Of a DNA stretch of 64,000 nt, positions 55,122-64,000 are shown piece by piece. The stretch spans positions 3,520,001 through 3,584,000 of the forward strand of contig OZ242296.1 in assembly GCA_965207735.1 (NCBI GenBank). The letters are read 5' to 3'. Made by a program: the position numbers and the translations under genes. A model generated the notes under the pieces. That model was given only the letters and a program-made list of their open reading frames with translations, ran no database searches and was not told where the DNA came from. The DNA is from Candidatus Versatilivorator sp. GTDB taxonomy: Bacteria; Acidobacteriota; Terriglobia; Versatilivoradales; Versatilivoraceae. Each line of letters starts with the position of its first letter. Positions within the stretch are counted from its first letter, which is position 1.

Positions 55122-55883
55122 TCAAGTCGATGGCTGCTCGATGTGTTGGTGCAGGTCGGCACTGCTGGAAAGAATATGGTCCTTCATGGCCTGGCGGGCC
55201 TGTTCGGGCTGGCCCGATCTCAGGGCCCTGAGGATGGCCCGGTGTTCCCGGATGGAGGATCGGGCTCGATGCCGGTCTTCGGGACTGGAGGGGGAGGATA
55301 CCAGGCTCTCCTTGATCCAGGCCTGGAGGTAGCCGCGTGTCATGCTGACAAGCTGGTGCAGGATGGTGTTCTGGGTTGCCTGAGCCACCAGCAGATGGAA
55401 TTCCAGGTCGAAGCGCAGGTACTGCTCCGGCCGGGCCTCGGAGTTCTCCATGCCTTGAATCGTCCCTTCCATGGCCTCCAGGTTGGCTGCCGTGGCTTTG
55501 CGGGCCGCCGAAAATGCCGTTTGAGTTTCCAGCATGAGCCGAGTTTCAAGAAGGTTCTCGACCTTCTTGGGGTCGAGCAGGAGTCCCCACTGCAGATTTC
55601 GCTCCAGGTAACGCTGGTTGTTGTGGGAGACAAAGGTCCCTTCCCCGACGCGGCCGTCCAGGATTCCCATCACGGCCAGCGATCGCAATGCCTCTCGGAG
55701 CGTGGCCCGCCCCACCCCGAAGCGCTTGCAAAGATCCTTCTCCGACGGAAGTCTCTCCCCGGGTTGGAGCACGTTTCGAGAAATCAGATCGATAATCTGC
55801 TCGATGATCTTGTCGCTCAGCGAGATCCGGCGAATGGGACTCACTTCTTGCAGGGGCTCGGGCCTGGCGGAATTGACGGTCAT
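55122..55883 (-). CDS. GntR/FadR family transcriptional regulator
   Basis: PGERLPSE..L..RFGVGRATLREAL wHTH plus FCD domain (FDLEFH, EH..I). Confidence 0.95.
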   Translation of the reverse strand: MTVNSARPEPLQEVSPIRRISLSDKIIEQIIDLISRNVLQPGERLPSEKDLCKRFGVGRATLREALRSLAVMGILDGRVGEGTFVSHNNQRYLERNLQWGLLLDPKKVENLLETRLMLETQTAFSAARKATAANLEAMEGTIQGMENSEARPEQYLRFDLEFHLLVAQATQNTILHQLVSMTRGYLQAWIKESLVSSPSSPEDRHRARSSIREHRAILRALRSGQPEQARQAMKDHILSSSADLHQHIEQPST

Positions 55884-56136
55884 GGGTTCTAGTGTCCTGT
55901 CTCGGAAACAGGAGTACCATCTCCGATGGAGGTTCCACAGGGAAACGGTCGGTTTGAGAGATTCTTATGCGTTTCAGCCAACGGGCGCCGTTCTGCTCCC
56001 TCTCCCGGGAACCTCCGTCGGCCTTAGCTCGCATTTTGCGCCGGGGGGCGTCCGACCTCCCTCCGGCTGCCATCCAGGTCTCGCCGGGGCAGGGAAAAAG
56101 CTTTACTTGAAAGCCACAGTTATAATACCTTATGTT

Positions 56137-56155
56137 CAGGTTGTCAGACAACCTG
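56137..56155. promoter_or_regulatory. Putative FadR-type operator overlapping divergent promoters
   Basis: Perfect palindrome CAGGTTGTC-A-GACAACCTG. Nearby TTGAAA-N18-TATGTT (+) and CTGACA-N17-TATAAC (-). Confidence 0.75.
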
Positions 56156-56273
56156 TAAATCGGGCTAGTTTGTGTAGGTGGGCTGGCACGCGCATTGGGG
56201 CACTGCGGGGGATAGCCGGCGGATCGAGTATGCCTCCTCGCCAGTCCGGCAATGGAACCGAGGGGATTTTGCC

Positions 56274-56918
56274 ATGGGTCTGACCATCGATCTCGGAAGG
56301 CGGATTGAGCTGGTCTCGATGGACCTGCATTTTCACGACATCTCCATCGCCCTCTACAGACGAGAGGGAGTGGCCGGATTGGAGGTGCTGGTCCAGAGCT
56401 ATAGCCGGCGGGCCGGCACCCGGGAGCGCCTGGAGTTTATTGCCGAAGCCATGACGGTTCTCGGAGGAATGGAGCTCCTCCCGGGAGAATCGCTGAGCCT
56501 GCGTTTCCCCCGGGGCAGCGATCTTCCGGTGGCGGCCCGAAGGGTTTTCCTGGAAGCCTGCAAGCGCCCCACGGGTGAGGAGGTCGCCCCCCGCCCCCTC
56601 GCCATCTTCGACAAGAAGTCCCAGAGCCAGGTTCAGGTGGCCAGTCTGGGAGAGGGTCTCTACGAAGTGACCCTGGAGGCAGAGGGGGAGCGCGCTTCCA
56701 GGCGGTGCGCCGCTATCGCCGCGGGAATCGCCAAGCTCAGCGGGGCCGGCCAGGTGGAAGGACATCCGGCGCGGGTAGCCTTGCCCAATGGACAGTCGAT
56801 AGATGCACTGGTCGGATTGCTGCTGGTCCGGGCCCTCAACGTCCGGGCCGTCGTTCGGGCAGAGGAAGCAGCGGCTTCCCGGGGCGTCCTGTCCGCTCCC
56901 AGCGCCCAGAACAATTAG
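56274..56918 (+). CDS. Hypothetical protein, first gene of the methyl-transfer operon
   Basis: GAGGGG RBS; 214-aa ORF MGLTIDLGRRIELVSMDLHFHDISIALY... Confidence 0.75.
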   Translation: MGLTIDLGRRIELVSMDLHFHDISIALYRREGVAGLEVLVQSYSRRAGTRERLEFIAEAMTVLGGMELLPGESLSLRFPRGSDLPVAARRVFLEACKRPTGEEVAPRPLAIFDKKSQSQVQVASLGEGLYEVTLEAEGERASRRCAAIAAGIAKLSGAGQVEGHPARVALPNGQSIDALVGLLLVRALNVRAVVRAEEAAASRGVLSAPSAQNN

Positions 56919-56948
56919 GCAGAACGTTTCATCCAGGAGGGAAGTCCT

Positions 56949-58004
56949 ATGGATACCGGATCTGGATCGATTCCATCCATGAACGGGCGCGAGAGGGTCA
57001 TGGCTGCGCTGCGGCGCGAGCCGGTGGATCGCACCCCTGTCTGCACCCCGACCTCGGTGGCCACGGTCGAGCTGATGGACCTGGTCGATGCCTCCTTTCC
57101 CGAAGCCAATCAGCAGCCCGAGCTCATGGCTCGCCTGGCGGCTACGGGATATACCGAGCTGGGGTTCGATACCATCATGCCCGTGTTTACCATCATTCAG
57201 GACTCCTCGGCGCTGGGATGCAAGATCCAGTGGGAGCAAAAGGACAATTGGCCGACCGTGAAGATGCGCGAGCCCATCTGGGAGACCCCTGACGACATCA
57301 AGGTTCCTCCCGACTTCCTGACCCATCGAGATACCCGCTGCGTCCTGGAGGCCATCAAGATCCTCAAGAAGGAATACGGCAACGAGGTGGCCATCGTCGG
57401 CAAGACCATGGGGCCCTGGTCGCTCGGCTATCACTGCTTCGGGGTGGAGCCCTTTCTGCTGATGTCGCTGGACGATCCGGGGAAGACCAAGCTCTGCCTG
57501 GACAGAATGAAAGAGGCCACCATCCAGTTCGGAATCGCTCAAGTGGAGGCCGGAGCCGACGCCATCACGCTGCCCGATCACGCCACCGGAGACCTGGTGA
57601 GCGGTGAGTACTACAGGAGATACCTCCGTGAGCTCCACATCGAGTTCGCCGAAAAGATACGGATCCCGATCATTCTGCACATCTGCGGAAAGACGGTGGA
57701 CCGCATGGAATACATCGCCCAGACGGGCATGGCCGCCTTCCACTACGACTCCAAGAACGAGCCGCAAGAGTCCGTTGACATCATGAAGAACCGCATCTCC
57801 CTGGTGGGAAACATCAACAATCCGGAGACGCTCTTCTCCAAGGGCCCTGAAGAGGTCCGGCAAGAGGTGGTCAAGAACCTGGATGCGGGGGTTCAGATGG
57901 TGGGACCCGAATGCGCCATCCCGCTGCAGACATCCATTGAGAACCTGAAGGAGATCCCGCTGACGGTGAGAGACTGGACCCGGGAGCAGGCCGCCGGAAA
58001 TTAA
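56949..58004 (+). CDS. MtaA/CmuA family (UroD-fold) zinc methyltransferase
   Basis: RERVMAAL..EPVDRTP, GPWSL, zinc motif ILHICG...GPECAI, GNIN. Confidence 0.88.
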   Translation: MDTGSGSIPSMNGRERVMAALRREPVDRTPVCTPTSVATVELMDLVDASFPEANQQPELMARLAATGYTELGFDTIMPVFTIIQDSSALGCKIQWEQKDNWPTVKMREPIWETPDDIKVPPDFLTHRDTRCVLEAIKILKKEYGNEVAIVGKTMGPWSLGYHCFGVEPFLLMSLDDPGKTKLCLDRMKEATIQFGIAQVEAGADAITLPDHATGDLVSGEYYRRYLRELHIEFAEKIRIPIILHICGKTVDRMEYIAQTGMAAFHYDSKNEPQESVDIMKNRISLVGNINNPETLFSKGPEEVRQEVVKNLDAGVQMVGPECAIPLQTSIENLKEIPLTVRDWTREQAAGN

Positions 58005-58019
58005 TCCGCATTTCTCGCC
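58002..58019 (+). repeat. Solo degenerate MITE TIR overlapping the methyltransferase stop codon
   Basis: TAATCCGCATTTCTCGCC versus TAGCCCGCATTTCTCACC. Confidence 0.55.
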
Positions 58020-58050
58020 GTGGGGGCGGGTAGACGACCGAGAGGGAATC

Positions 58051-58809
58051 ATGGCCAATATCGCAGACATCCGGAACGAGTTCCTCCGCGACGAGATCGA
58101 AGAATTCCTTGAACGCCCCGAGGAGATCGAGCGGACCGTCGGCATTTTTGCCAAGGCGAGACCCGCCATGCAGGACATTGCCGCCGCCCTGATCGAGGGT
58201 GAGAACGACACCGTGGATCGCTTGACCAGGGCGGCTCTGGATGACGGGATTGAAGCCCTCGAGATCATGGACGACGGCCTGATCGCGGGGATGGGCGTGG
58301 TGGGGATCAAGTTTCGCGAAAACTTCATCTTCGTGCCGGAGGTTCTGGCCTGCGCCCGGGCCATGAAAGCAGGAATGGTGCACATCGAACCCATCCTTTC
58401 GGCTTCGGGCGTCGAGCCCCTGGGCAGGGTCATCATGGGGACGGTCAAGGGCGATCTCCACGACATCGGCAAGAACCTGTGCATCATGATGCTTCGGGGC
58501 TCGGGGTTCGTGGTGATCGACCTGGGCGTGGACACCTCGGCGGACGAGTTCATCGATGCCATCGAGGAGCACGAGGCCTCGCTGATGGGGATGTCGGCAC
58601 TGTTGACCACCACCATGCCCAACATGGGGAAGACCATCGAGGCCTTTATCGATGCCGACCTGCGGGACGACGTCAAGATCATGGTGGGTGGAGCGCCGGT
58701 CACCCAGGAGTTTGCCGACGACATGGGGGCCGACGGGTACGGGAAGGATGCGCTGGCTTGCGTCGAGTTGGCCAAGACGCTGCTGAGCGCGGAAGTGGAA
58801 GCACCTTAG
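58051..58809 (+). CDS. Cobalamin-binding corrinoid protein
   Basis: FVPEV cap domain, GDLHDIGKN (DxHxxG), SALLTTT, MVGGAP. Confidence 0.95.
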   Translation: MANIADIRNEFLRDEIEEFLERPEEIERTVGIFAKARPAMQDIAAALIEGENDTVDRLTRAALDDGIEALEIMDDGLIAGMGVVGIKFRENFIFVPEVLACARAMKAGMVHIEPILSASGVEPLGRVIMGTVKGDLHDIGKNLCIMMLRGSGFVVIDLGVDTSADEFIDAIEEHEASLMGMSALLTTTMPNMGKTIEAFIDADLRDDVKIMVGGAPVTQEFADDMGADGYGKDALACVELAKTLLSAEVEAP

Positions 58810-58816
58810 CGCCGTC

Positions 58817-59086
58817 ATGCAAAAAATCGACAAGGCCGAATACGAAAAACGTCTGAAGCGGATCAGCGAGCTGTTCTCGAGCATGGTCGTTCATGCCGAT
58901 GAGTTGTCCACTTACCGCTGCCCCTACAAGAACCGCTTCGATCAGTGTACGGCCAAGTTCGGGTGTCGCAACCAGCGTCGGCCCCCGGTCAAGGGGGACC
59001 TTTTGCTGTGCGGCGGAGACGACAAGTTGGACTACCGCAGCGCCTGGGAGACCCAGGCCGAGGACGGCGGCGCGCCCGGGCAGTGA
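58817..59086 (+). CDS. Small Cys-rich hypothetical protein
   Basis: 89 aa with RCPY...QCTAKFGC...LCGGD; tightly coupled to the corrinoid gene. Confidence 0.75.
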   Translation: MQKIDKAEYEKRLKRISELFSSMVVHADELSTYRCPYKNRFDQCTAKFGCRNQRRPPVKGDLLLCGGDDKLDYRSAWETQAEDGGAPGQ

Positions 59087-59142
59087 CCCGGTCGGGGCCG
59101 CGTGCCCGAGGCGCTTGTTTCGGCTCGGTGGCAGGGATTCAA

Positions 59143-59274
59143 GCCCGCATTTCTCACCAGGGGGTATGCCCAGCGCAGGCTGTTACCCACAAGCCCTTAC
59201 CAGGGAGCCAATCAAAGTACTGAAGATAGACTACTATTCGTCATGGCACCAGCGACCTGGTGAGAAATGCGGGC
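59143..59274 (+). mobile_element. MITE copy C (132 bp, internally deleted)
   Basis: Both TIRs present; lacks ~114 bp including the central hairpin; ends 3 nt before the next ATG. Confidence 0.9.
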
Positions 59275-59277
59275 TAG

Positions 59278-60918
59278 ATGGGCACCATTCGGCACAATGA
59301 TCGGAGTCTTGATCTGGAGGCGGGCAGGACGCTTTTCGACTATGCCGACGAGCTGCGGGTCCAGGTGCCCACCTCCTGCGGCAGGACCGGATCCTGCCAT
59401 GAGTGTATTGTAGAAGTTCAGCAGGGGATGGAGGCGCTCTGTCCCCGAAGCCCCAGCGAATCCTTCCTGCGCGACCCCTACCGGTTGGCCTGCCAGTCCG
59501 CTGTCATCGACGACGGCGGCGATATCGGCTTCGCGCCCCTCCGACGCAAACCCCAGATCCTCACCCGGGCAACCCCGGTCAAGACATTGCAGCTGGATCC
59601 GATGGTGATCCGTCGAGGAGACGAGGTTGTCTACGACGAGCAGGTCATCGACCGCTACCGGGGACATTTGTACGGGCTTGCCATGGACCTGGGAACCACC
59701 ACCGTGGTGATCGAACTGGTGGATCTGGAAAACGGCGAGACTCTGGCGGTCGCTTCCTTCGAGAACCCGCAGCGATTCGGAGGAAGCGATATCATGAATC
59801 GGATTTCCTACGATGGGGGACCGTTTCAAGGCGAGCTCCACCAGGCCATCGTCAAGGGACTCAACTTCGAGATCCGTGAGCTCTGCAAGCGGCTGCGCGT
59901 TCGCCGCCGGGAGATCTACGAGGTGGCAGTGGCCGGCAACTCGACCATGCGCGACCTCTTCTTCGGTCTGGACGTTCAGAGCATCGGGCAAAAGCCATAC
60001 AAGTCCTTGATCGAGCATGAAGTCCTGGAGGGAAAGCGCCAGAGCATGGCGCTCACCGTCGAGGCCGGGAGTCTGGGGGTCCAGGTCCATCCCCGGGCTC
60101 GCATCTTCGGACTGCCCTTGATTGCCAGCCATGTGGGGGCCGATACGGCTGCCGACCTGGTGGCCATCGACATGGAACGCCGGGACGAAGTCACCATGCT
60201 GGTGGATGTGGGAACCAACACCGAAGTGGTGGTCGGGAACGGAGAACGGATGATGACGGCCTCCTGTCCGGCCGGCCCCGCCTTCGAAGGTGGCCTGGTC
60301 AAGTACGGAATGCCGGGATGCGAGGGGGCCATCGAATCCATCGGCGCCGTGAACGGACGCTTCGACTATCGAACCATCGGCAACGTGGAGCCCCAGGGGA
60401 TCTGCGGATCCGGGCTGATCGACCTCTTGGCGGAGCTGCGTCGCACCGATCAGATGACACCCAAAGGGGTTTTTCCCAACAGGGCCTTCGAAATCAACGT
60501 GGTTCCGGAGCACGGGATCACCCTCTCTCGAGAGGATGCCAGCAATCTGGCTCAAGCCAAGGCGGCCAATTTCTGTGGGCAATACATTGTCATGCGGCGT
60601 TTCGGGATAGCTCCGGGGGACGTCCGCCGGCTCTACCTGGCAGGGGGTTTCGCCAATTACGTCGACGTGGCCAATGCCATTGACATCGGATTTCTGGCTC
60701 CGGTGGATCGGGATCGCATCGTCAAGGTGGGCAATGCAGCGGTTCAGGGAGCCAAGGCGGTGCTGCTGTCCCGCAGCCGGCGGAAATCCCTGGAACGCCT
60801 GATCCGCAGGATCGAGCATGTCGAGCTGGAAACCACGCCGGATTTCTTCGAAGTCTTCGTCGAGGGGTGTCAGTTCAAGCCCATGCCTCAAGAAACCGCC
60901 GACCTGAAGGTGGGGTAG
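59278..60918 (+). CDS. ASKHA-type reductive activator of corrinoid proteins (RACo) with N-terminal 2Fe-2S domain
   Basis: CGRTGSCHEC...RLAC, DLGTTT, NPQRFGGSDIM, DVGTNTE, AGPAFEG, GICGSG, AGGF. Confidence 0.92.
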   Translation: MGTIRHNDRSLDLEAGRTLFDYADELRVQVPTSCGRTGSCHECIVEVQQGMEALCPRSPSESFLRDPYRLACQSAVIDDGGDIGFAPLRRKPQILTRATPVKTLQLDPMVIRRGDEVVYDEQVIDRYRGHLYGLAMDLGTTTVVIELVDLENGETLAVASFENPQRFGGSDIMNRISYDGGPFQGELHQAIVKGLNFEIRELCKRLRVRRREIYEVAVAGNSTMRDLFFGLDVQSIGQKPYKSLIEHEVLEGKRQSMALTVEAGSLGVQVHPRARIFGLPLIASHVGADTAADLVAIDMERRDEVTMLVDVGTNTEVVVGNGERMMTASCPAGPAFEGGLVKYGMPGCEGAIESIGAVNGRFDYRTIGNVEPQGICGSGLIDLLAELRRTDQMTPKGVFPNRAFEINVVPEHGITLSREDASNLAQAKAANFCGQYIVMRRFGIAPGDVRRLYLAGGFANYVDVANAIDIGFLAPVDRDRIVKVGNAAVQGAKAVLLSRSRRKSLERLIRRIEHVELETTPDFFEVFVEGCQFKPMPQETADLKVG

Positions 60919-60920
60919 CC

Positions 60921-62561
60921 ATGAGACCGTCCGCCCTCGACTCCAACCCTTCCGGCAGTTCCTGGGCCAAACAGCCGCTGGCGCACTTGCTGAGGGAGAC
61001 CGACACCTTTGTGACCTGCGTCGAACTGGTGACCTCCCGGGGCGTCATCACCGAGCGCAGCGGGCGTCGGGTCCTGGAGCTGGCTCGCGGGTTGGCCCGG
61101 GACCCGCGGGTCCATGCTCTCAGCATTACCGACAATCCCGGAGGCAACGCCATGTTGAGCGCGGACACTCTGGGGACCGATCTGACTGCGCGGGGGCAGG
61201 AGGTGATCATCCATCTCTCCTGCAAGGACTGGAACCGCAATGCCCTTCAAAGCCGGGGCTGGAAGCTGGCCAGCGAGGGCTTCAACAATATTCTGGCCCT
61301 GTCCGGAGACTGTCCCACCGGTGGTTACGCGGGTCAGGCCAGCGGCGTTTTCGACATCGATTCGGTGGGGCTGCTGCAGATGTATTCGGACATGAACGCG
61401 GGCTTGACGGCCGAAGGGCGGGGTGAAGCCACCATGGAACCCACCCGGTTCTTCCTGGGAGCGGTGGTCACCAACTTCAAGCGTCACGAGCGCGAGGTGA
61501 TGCCCCAGTACTTCAAGCTGGCGCTGAAGGTCAGGAGCGGGGCCCAATTCATCATCAATCAGATCGGCTACGACTCCCGCAAGCAGGATGAATTGCTGAA
61601 AGCCATGAGCCACTACCGCCTACAGGTTCCGGTGCTGGCCAATGTCTACGTCCTGAGTCGGCCCGCGGCTCGCTTTTTCAACACCGGCGCCATTCCCGGA
61701 GTGGTGGTGACCGACGAGCTGCTCAGTGTGGTGGAGAAGCAGGCGAAATCACCGGACAAGGGAAGGGCCTTTTTCCTCGAGCTTGCAGCCAAACAGTGCG
61801 CCATCGCCCGCGGGCTGGGCTATCGGGGGGTCTACCTGGGAGGACACCTCAAGCTGGAGCACTATGCCCGGGTGCTCTCCATCGCCGACAGTTTTGGCGA
61901 GCACGACTGGAAAGACTTCGCCAGAGAGATACGGTTTCCGCAGAAGGACGAGTTCTATCTCTTTGACGGCAATCCCGAGACCGGCCTGAGTTCCACCGAG
62001 ATCAACCCATCCTACCTGGCGTCCAAGACCCCGGAAGCCCTCGACGCCCTGCGGGGCCGGCTTCCCCTGAACTACAAGCTCAATCGCTGGGTTCACGAGC
62101 GGGTTTTTGAGAAGGAGAGTCCGGGATTTCCCCTGGGTCAGGGTTTCTATCGAACGGTGGAGCGGTCCGGTCCGGGCGCGCGGAAGGCCTTGCACGGGAT
62201 AGAGCATGCTTTTAAGATAGTGGGCTTCGATTGCCGCGACTGCGGGGATTGTTCTCTGCCGGACATCGCCTATCTTTGTCCGGAGTCACAGTGTGCCAAG
62301 AACCAGCGGAACGGCCCCTGCGGAGGCACCCGGCAGGGCAAGTGCGAGGTGGGGGAAAAGGAGTGCATCTGGGCCTTGGCCTACGACAGGTTGAAGGCTT
62401 ACGGCGAAGAAGAAGGCATGCTGGAGCGTCCGGCGGTTTTTCGCAACGGTGCTCTCAGAGGAACCAGCGCTTGGGCCAACGCCTTCCTGGGGCGCGACCA
62501 CCACGCGGTTGCCGGAGAGAGTGGGGAGCCCTCCCGATCCGGCCCCTCGAAAGGGCGCTGA
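60921..62561 (+). CDS. Methylenetetrahydrofolate reductase with C-terminal Cys-rich (MetV-like) domain
   Basis: TDNPGG, HLSCKDWNRN, LALSGD, GAQFIINQ; C-terminal CRDCGDC..CPESQCAK.QRNGPCGG..C..C. Confidence 0.9.
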   Translation: MRPSALDSNPSGSSWAKQPLAHLLRETDTFVTCVELVTSRGVITERSGRRVLELARGLARDPRVHALSITDNPGGNAMLSADTLGTDLTARGQEVIIHLSCKDWNRNALQSRGWKLASEGFNNILALSGDCPTGGYAGQASGVFDIDSVGLLQMYSDMNAGLTAEGRGEATMEPTRFFLGAVVTNFKRHEREVMPQYFKLALKVRSGAQFIINQIGYDSRKQDELLKAMSHYRLQVPVLANVYVLSRPAARFFNTGAIPGVVVTDELLSVVEKQAKSPDKGRAFFLELAAKQCAIARGLGYRGVYLGGHLKLEHYARVLSIADSFGEHDWKDFAREIRFPQKDEFYLFDGNPETGLSSTEINPSYLASKTPEALDALRGRLPLNYKLNRWVHERVFEKESPGFPLGQGFYRTVERSGPGARKALHGIEHAFKIVGFDCRDCGDCSLPDIAYLCPESQCAKNQRNGPCGGTRQGKCEVGEKECIWALAYDRLKAYGEEEGMLERPAVFRNGALRGTSAWANAFLGRDHHAVAGESGEPSRSGPSKGR

Positions 62562-62653
62562 CCCGCCAGGGTTTCAAGACAGGGTGAAACGGTGCGGAAG
62601 ACAATAAGGTCTTTACAGGTCCTGACCGGCAGCCCGGCAAGAAAGTGGAGGCA

Positions 62654-63688
62654 ATGACCAGGAACGGGAACCAGCTTCAATTCACGACCATCGGCGAGAA
62701 CATTCACACCACCCGGGTCTTGTTGAGAAAGGGGAAGCGAATCGGCGAGAATCCCGCCGGCGTGGAATCGGTCAACTACAGGAATTCCGAAGGAGAGACC
62801 CGTTACCTGCCCATCCCGGAAGCGGTCAAGCGGACCCAGGATTACCAGGAGGGTCGGGTCAAGCATGTGAAGATCGCCGTCCTGGCGGCCCAGGCCGGCG
62901 GCGCCGAGTCGGAAGAGGGGCTCAGATATCTCCGCTACCTGGTGGAGCGGCAGTTGTCGGCGGGGGTCGACTTCCTCGATCTGAATGTGGACGAGGTGTC
63001 CCTCAAGTTGAATGAGCAGAAGGAGGCCATGCAATGGCTGGTTCGAACGGTGCAGTCCATGAGCCCCGTTCCGATTTCGGTGGATTCCTCCAACATCGAG
63101 ATCATTCAGGCCGGCCTGGAAGCCTGTCATGACAAGGTGGGGAGGAACCTGCTGAATTCGGCCTCCCTGGAGCGTCTGGAGGCCCTGGACCTGGCCCGGG
63201 AGCACGACACCAAGGTCATCGTGACGGCGGCCGGTGAGAAGGGGATGCCTCAGAACGAAGTGGAGCGTCTGGAGAATGCCTCACGCATGGTGGAGGCCGC
63301 CCTGTCCAGGGGGATCTCCCTGGACAGCATCTACGTGGACGTCCTGGTGTTTCCCATCTCGGTCGACGGTCGGTTCGGCCACCATGCCCTGGAGACCATC
63401 CGGCAGCTGCGGGCCGGATACGGACCGGAGGTCCATATCACCGGAGGCCTGAGCAACGTTTCCTTTGGACTGCCCCGCCGCCGGCTGATCAACGATGTCT
63501 TCATTCTCCTGTCCCTGGAGGCTGGTGCGGACAGCGGGATCATCGACCCGGTGGCCAGCAACCTGCAGGCGATCCTCTCCATGGACCGCCAGGCCGATAC
63601 CTACCGGATGACGGAGGATCTGCTGCTGGGGAGGGACCGTCACTGCAAGAGTTTCCTGCGGGCCTACCGCAAGGGGGAATTACAGTAG
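62654..63688 (+). CDS. Pterin-binding methyltetrahydrofolate:corrinoid methyltransferase (AcsE/MeTr-like)
   Basis: IGENIH, LDLNVD, SVDSS, LNS, GGLSNVSFG, IIDP. Confidence 0.88.
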   Translation: MTRNGNQLQFTTIGENIHTTRVLLRKGKRIGENPAGVESVNYRNSEGETRYLPIPEAVKRTQDYQEGRVKHVKIAVLAAQAGGAESEEGLRYLRYLVERQLSAGVDFLDLNVDEVSLKLNEQKEAMQWLVRTVQSMSPVPISVDSSNIEIIQAGLEACHDKVGRNLLNSASLERLEALDLAREHDTKVIVTAAGEKGMPQNEVERLENASRMVEAALSRGISLDSIYVDVLVFPISVDGRFGHHALETIRQLRAGYGPEVHITGGLSNVSFGLPRRRLINDVFILLSLEAGADSGIIDPVASNLQAILSMDRQADTYRMTEDLLLGRDRHCKSFLRAYRKGELQ

Positions 63689-63732
63689 CCGTCCCGGCAA
63701 CTTGGGGACGGTGGAGCGAGCGAGCTGGAATC

Positions 63733-64000
63733 ATGCCGCAATATCAGATTTTGTTCTGGAAAGACATTCCGGCCCAGATCAAGGTTTACGAGGGCCGTCG
63801 CGGCGTTTCCAGGCTGTTGCCCGACCGCTTCCAGGTCGAGATCGACCGGGTGGCCATGGCCGAGGGCCTGGCGGGCACGGATGACTACCTGGACCAGTGG
63901 CACTGGACGGCCCGACAGGAACGGTCCGGAACCACCCAAGAGGTCCTGGACGGTCTTGCAGAGGAGTTGCAACGGGAGTTCGACTCCCGCAGGCGCAAGC
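63733..64000 (+). CDS. Small 'virulence factor'-family domain protein (partial, runs off the window; absent from the ORF track)
   Basis: MPQYQILFWKDIPAQIKV...LPDRFQVEIDRVAM..GLAGTDDYLDQW; this family is often found beside MTHFR/methyltransferase genes. Confidence 0.75.
   Translation, partial: MPQYQILFWKDIPAQIKVYEGRRGVSRLLPDRFQVEIDRVAMAEGLAGTDDYLDQWHWTARQERSGTTQEVLDGLAEELQREFDSRRRK

Noticed and set aside
56136-58775. 879-aa antisense ORF and similar long shadow ORFs (e.g. 40755-42668, 59212-60891, 26108-27541)
   Set aside because: They mirror well-supported sense genes, as expected from high-GC codon bias, and show no motifs.

Overview
GC-rich bacterial chromosome segment, probably Acidobacteriota (inferred from gene repertoire and protein styles, not from a marker search), that spans the replication origin. 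It holds gyrA-gyrB-recF-dnaN-[oriC]-dnaA, rpmH-rnpA-yidD-yidC-khpB-mnmE-mnmG-rsmG-[2 parS]-parA-parB, secA, guaB, the rimP-nusA-infB-rbfA-truB-rpsO-pnp operon and assorted metabolic genes. It ends in a FadR-regulated B12-dependent methyl-transfer operon (MtaA/CmuA-like methyltransferase, corrinoid protein, RACo activator, MTHFR, pterin-binding methyltransferase). The most striking structure is non-coding. A ~246-bp MITE family with terminal inverted repeat (TIR) CTAGCCCGCATTTCTCACCAGG is present as three two-ended copies plus several remnants. One copy is split precisely inside its TIR by an 869-nt ORF-less group II intron (37927-38795) whose EBS1 loop (TGAGAAA) is complementary to the TIR. 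This suggests a non-autonomous retroelement specialised on the ends of a non-autonomous DNA transposon. Other oddities: a 29-bp intragenic inverted repeat whose inversion would keep the reading frame, internally deleted GxxExxY relics, and a REP-containing nested hairpin. All calls were made by eye; no database searches were run.
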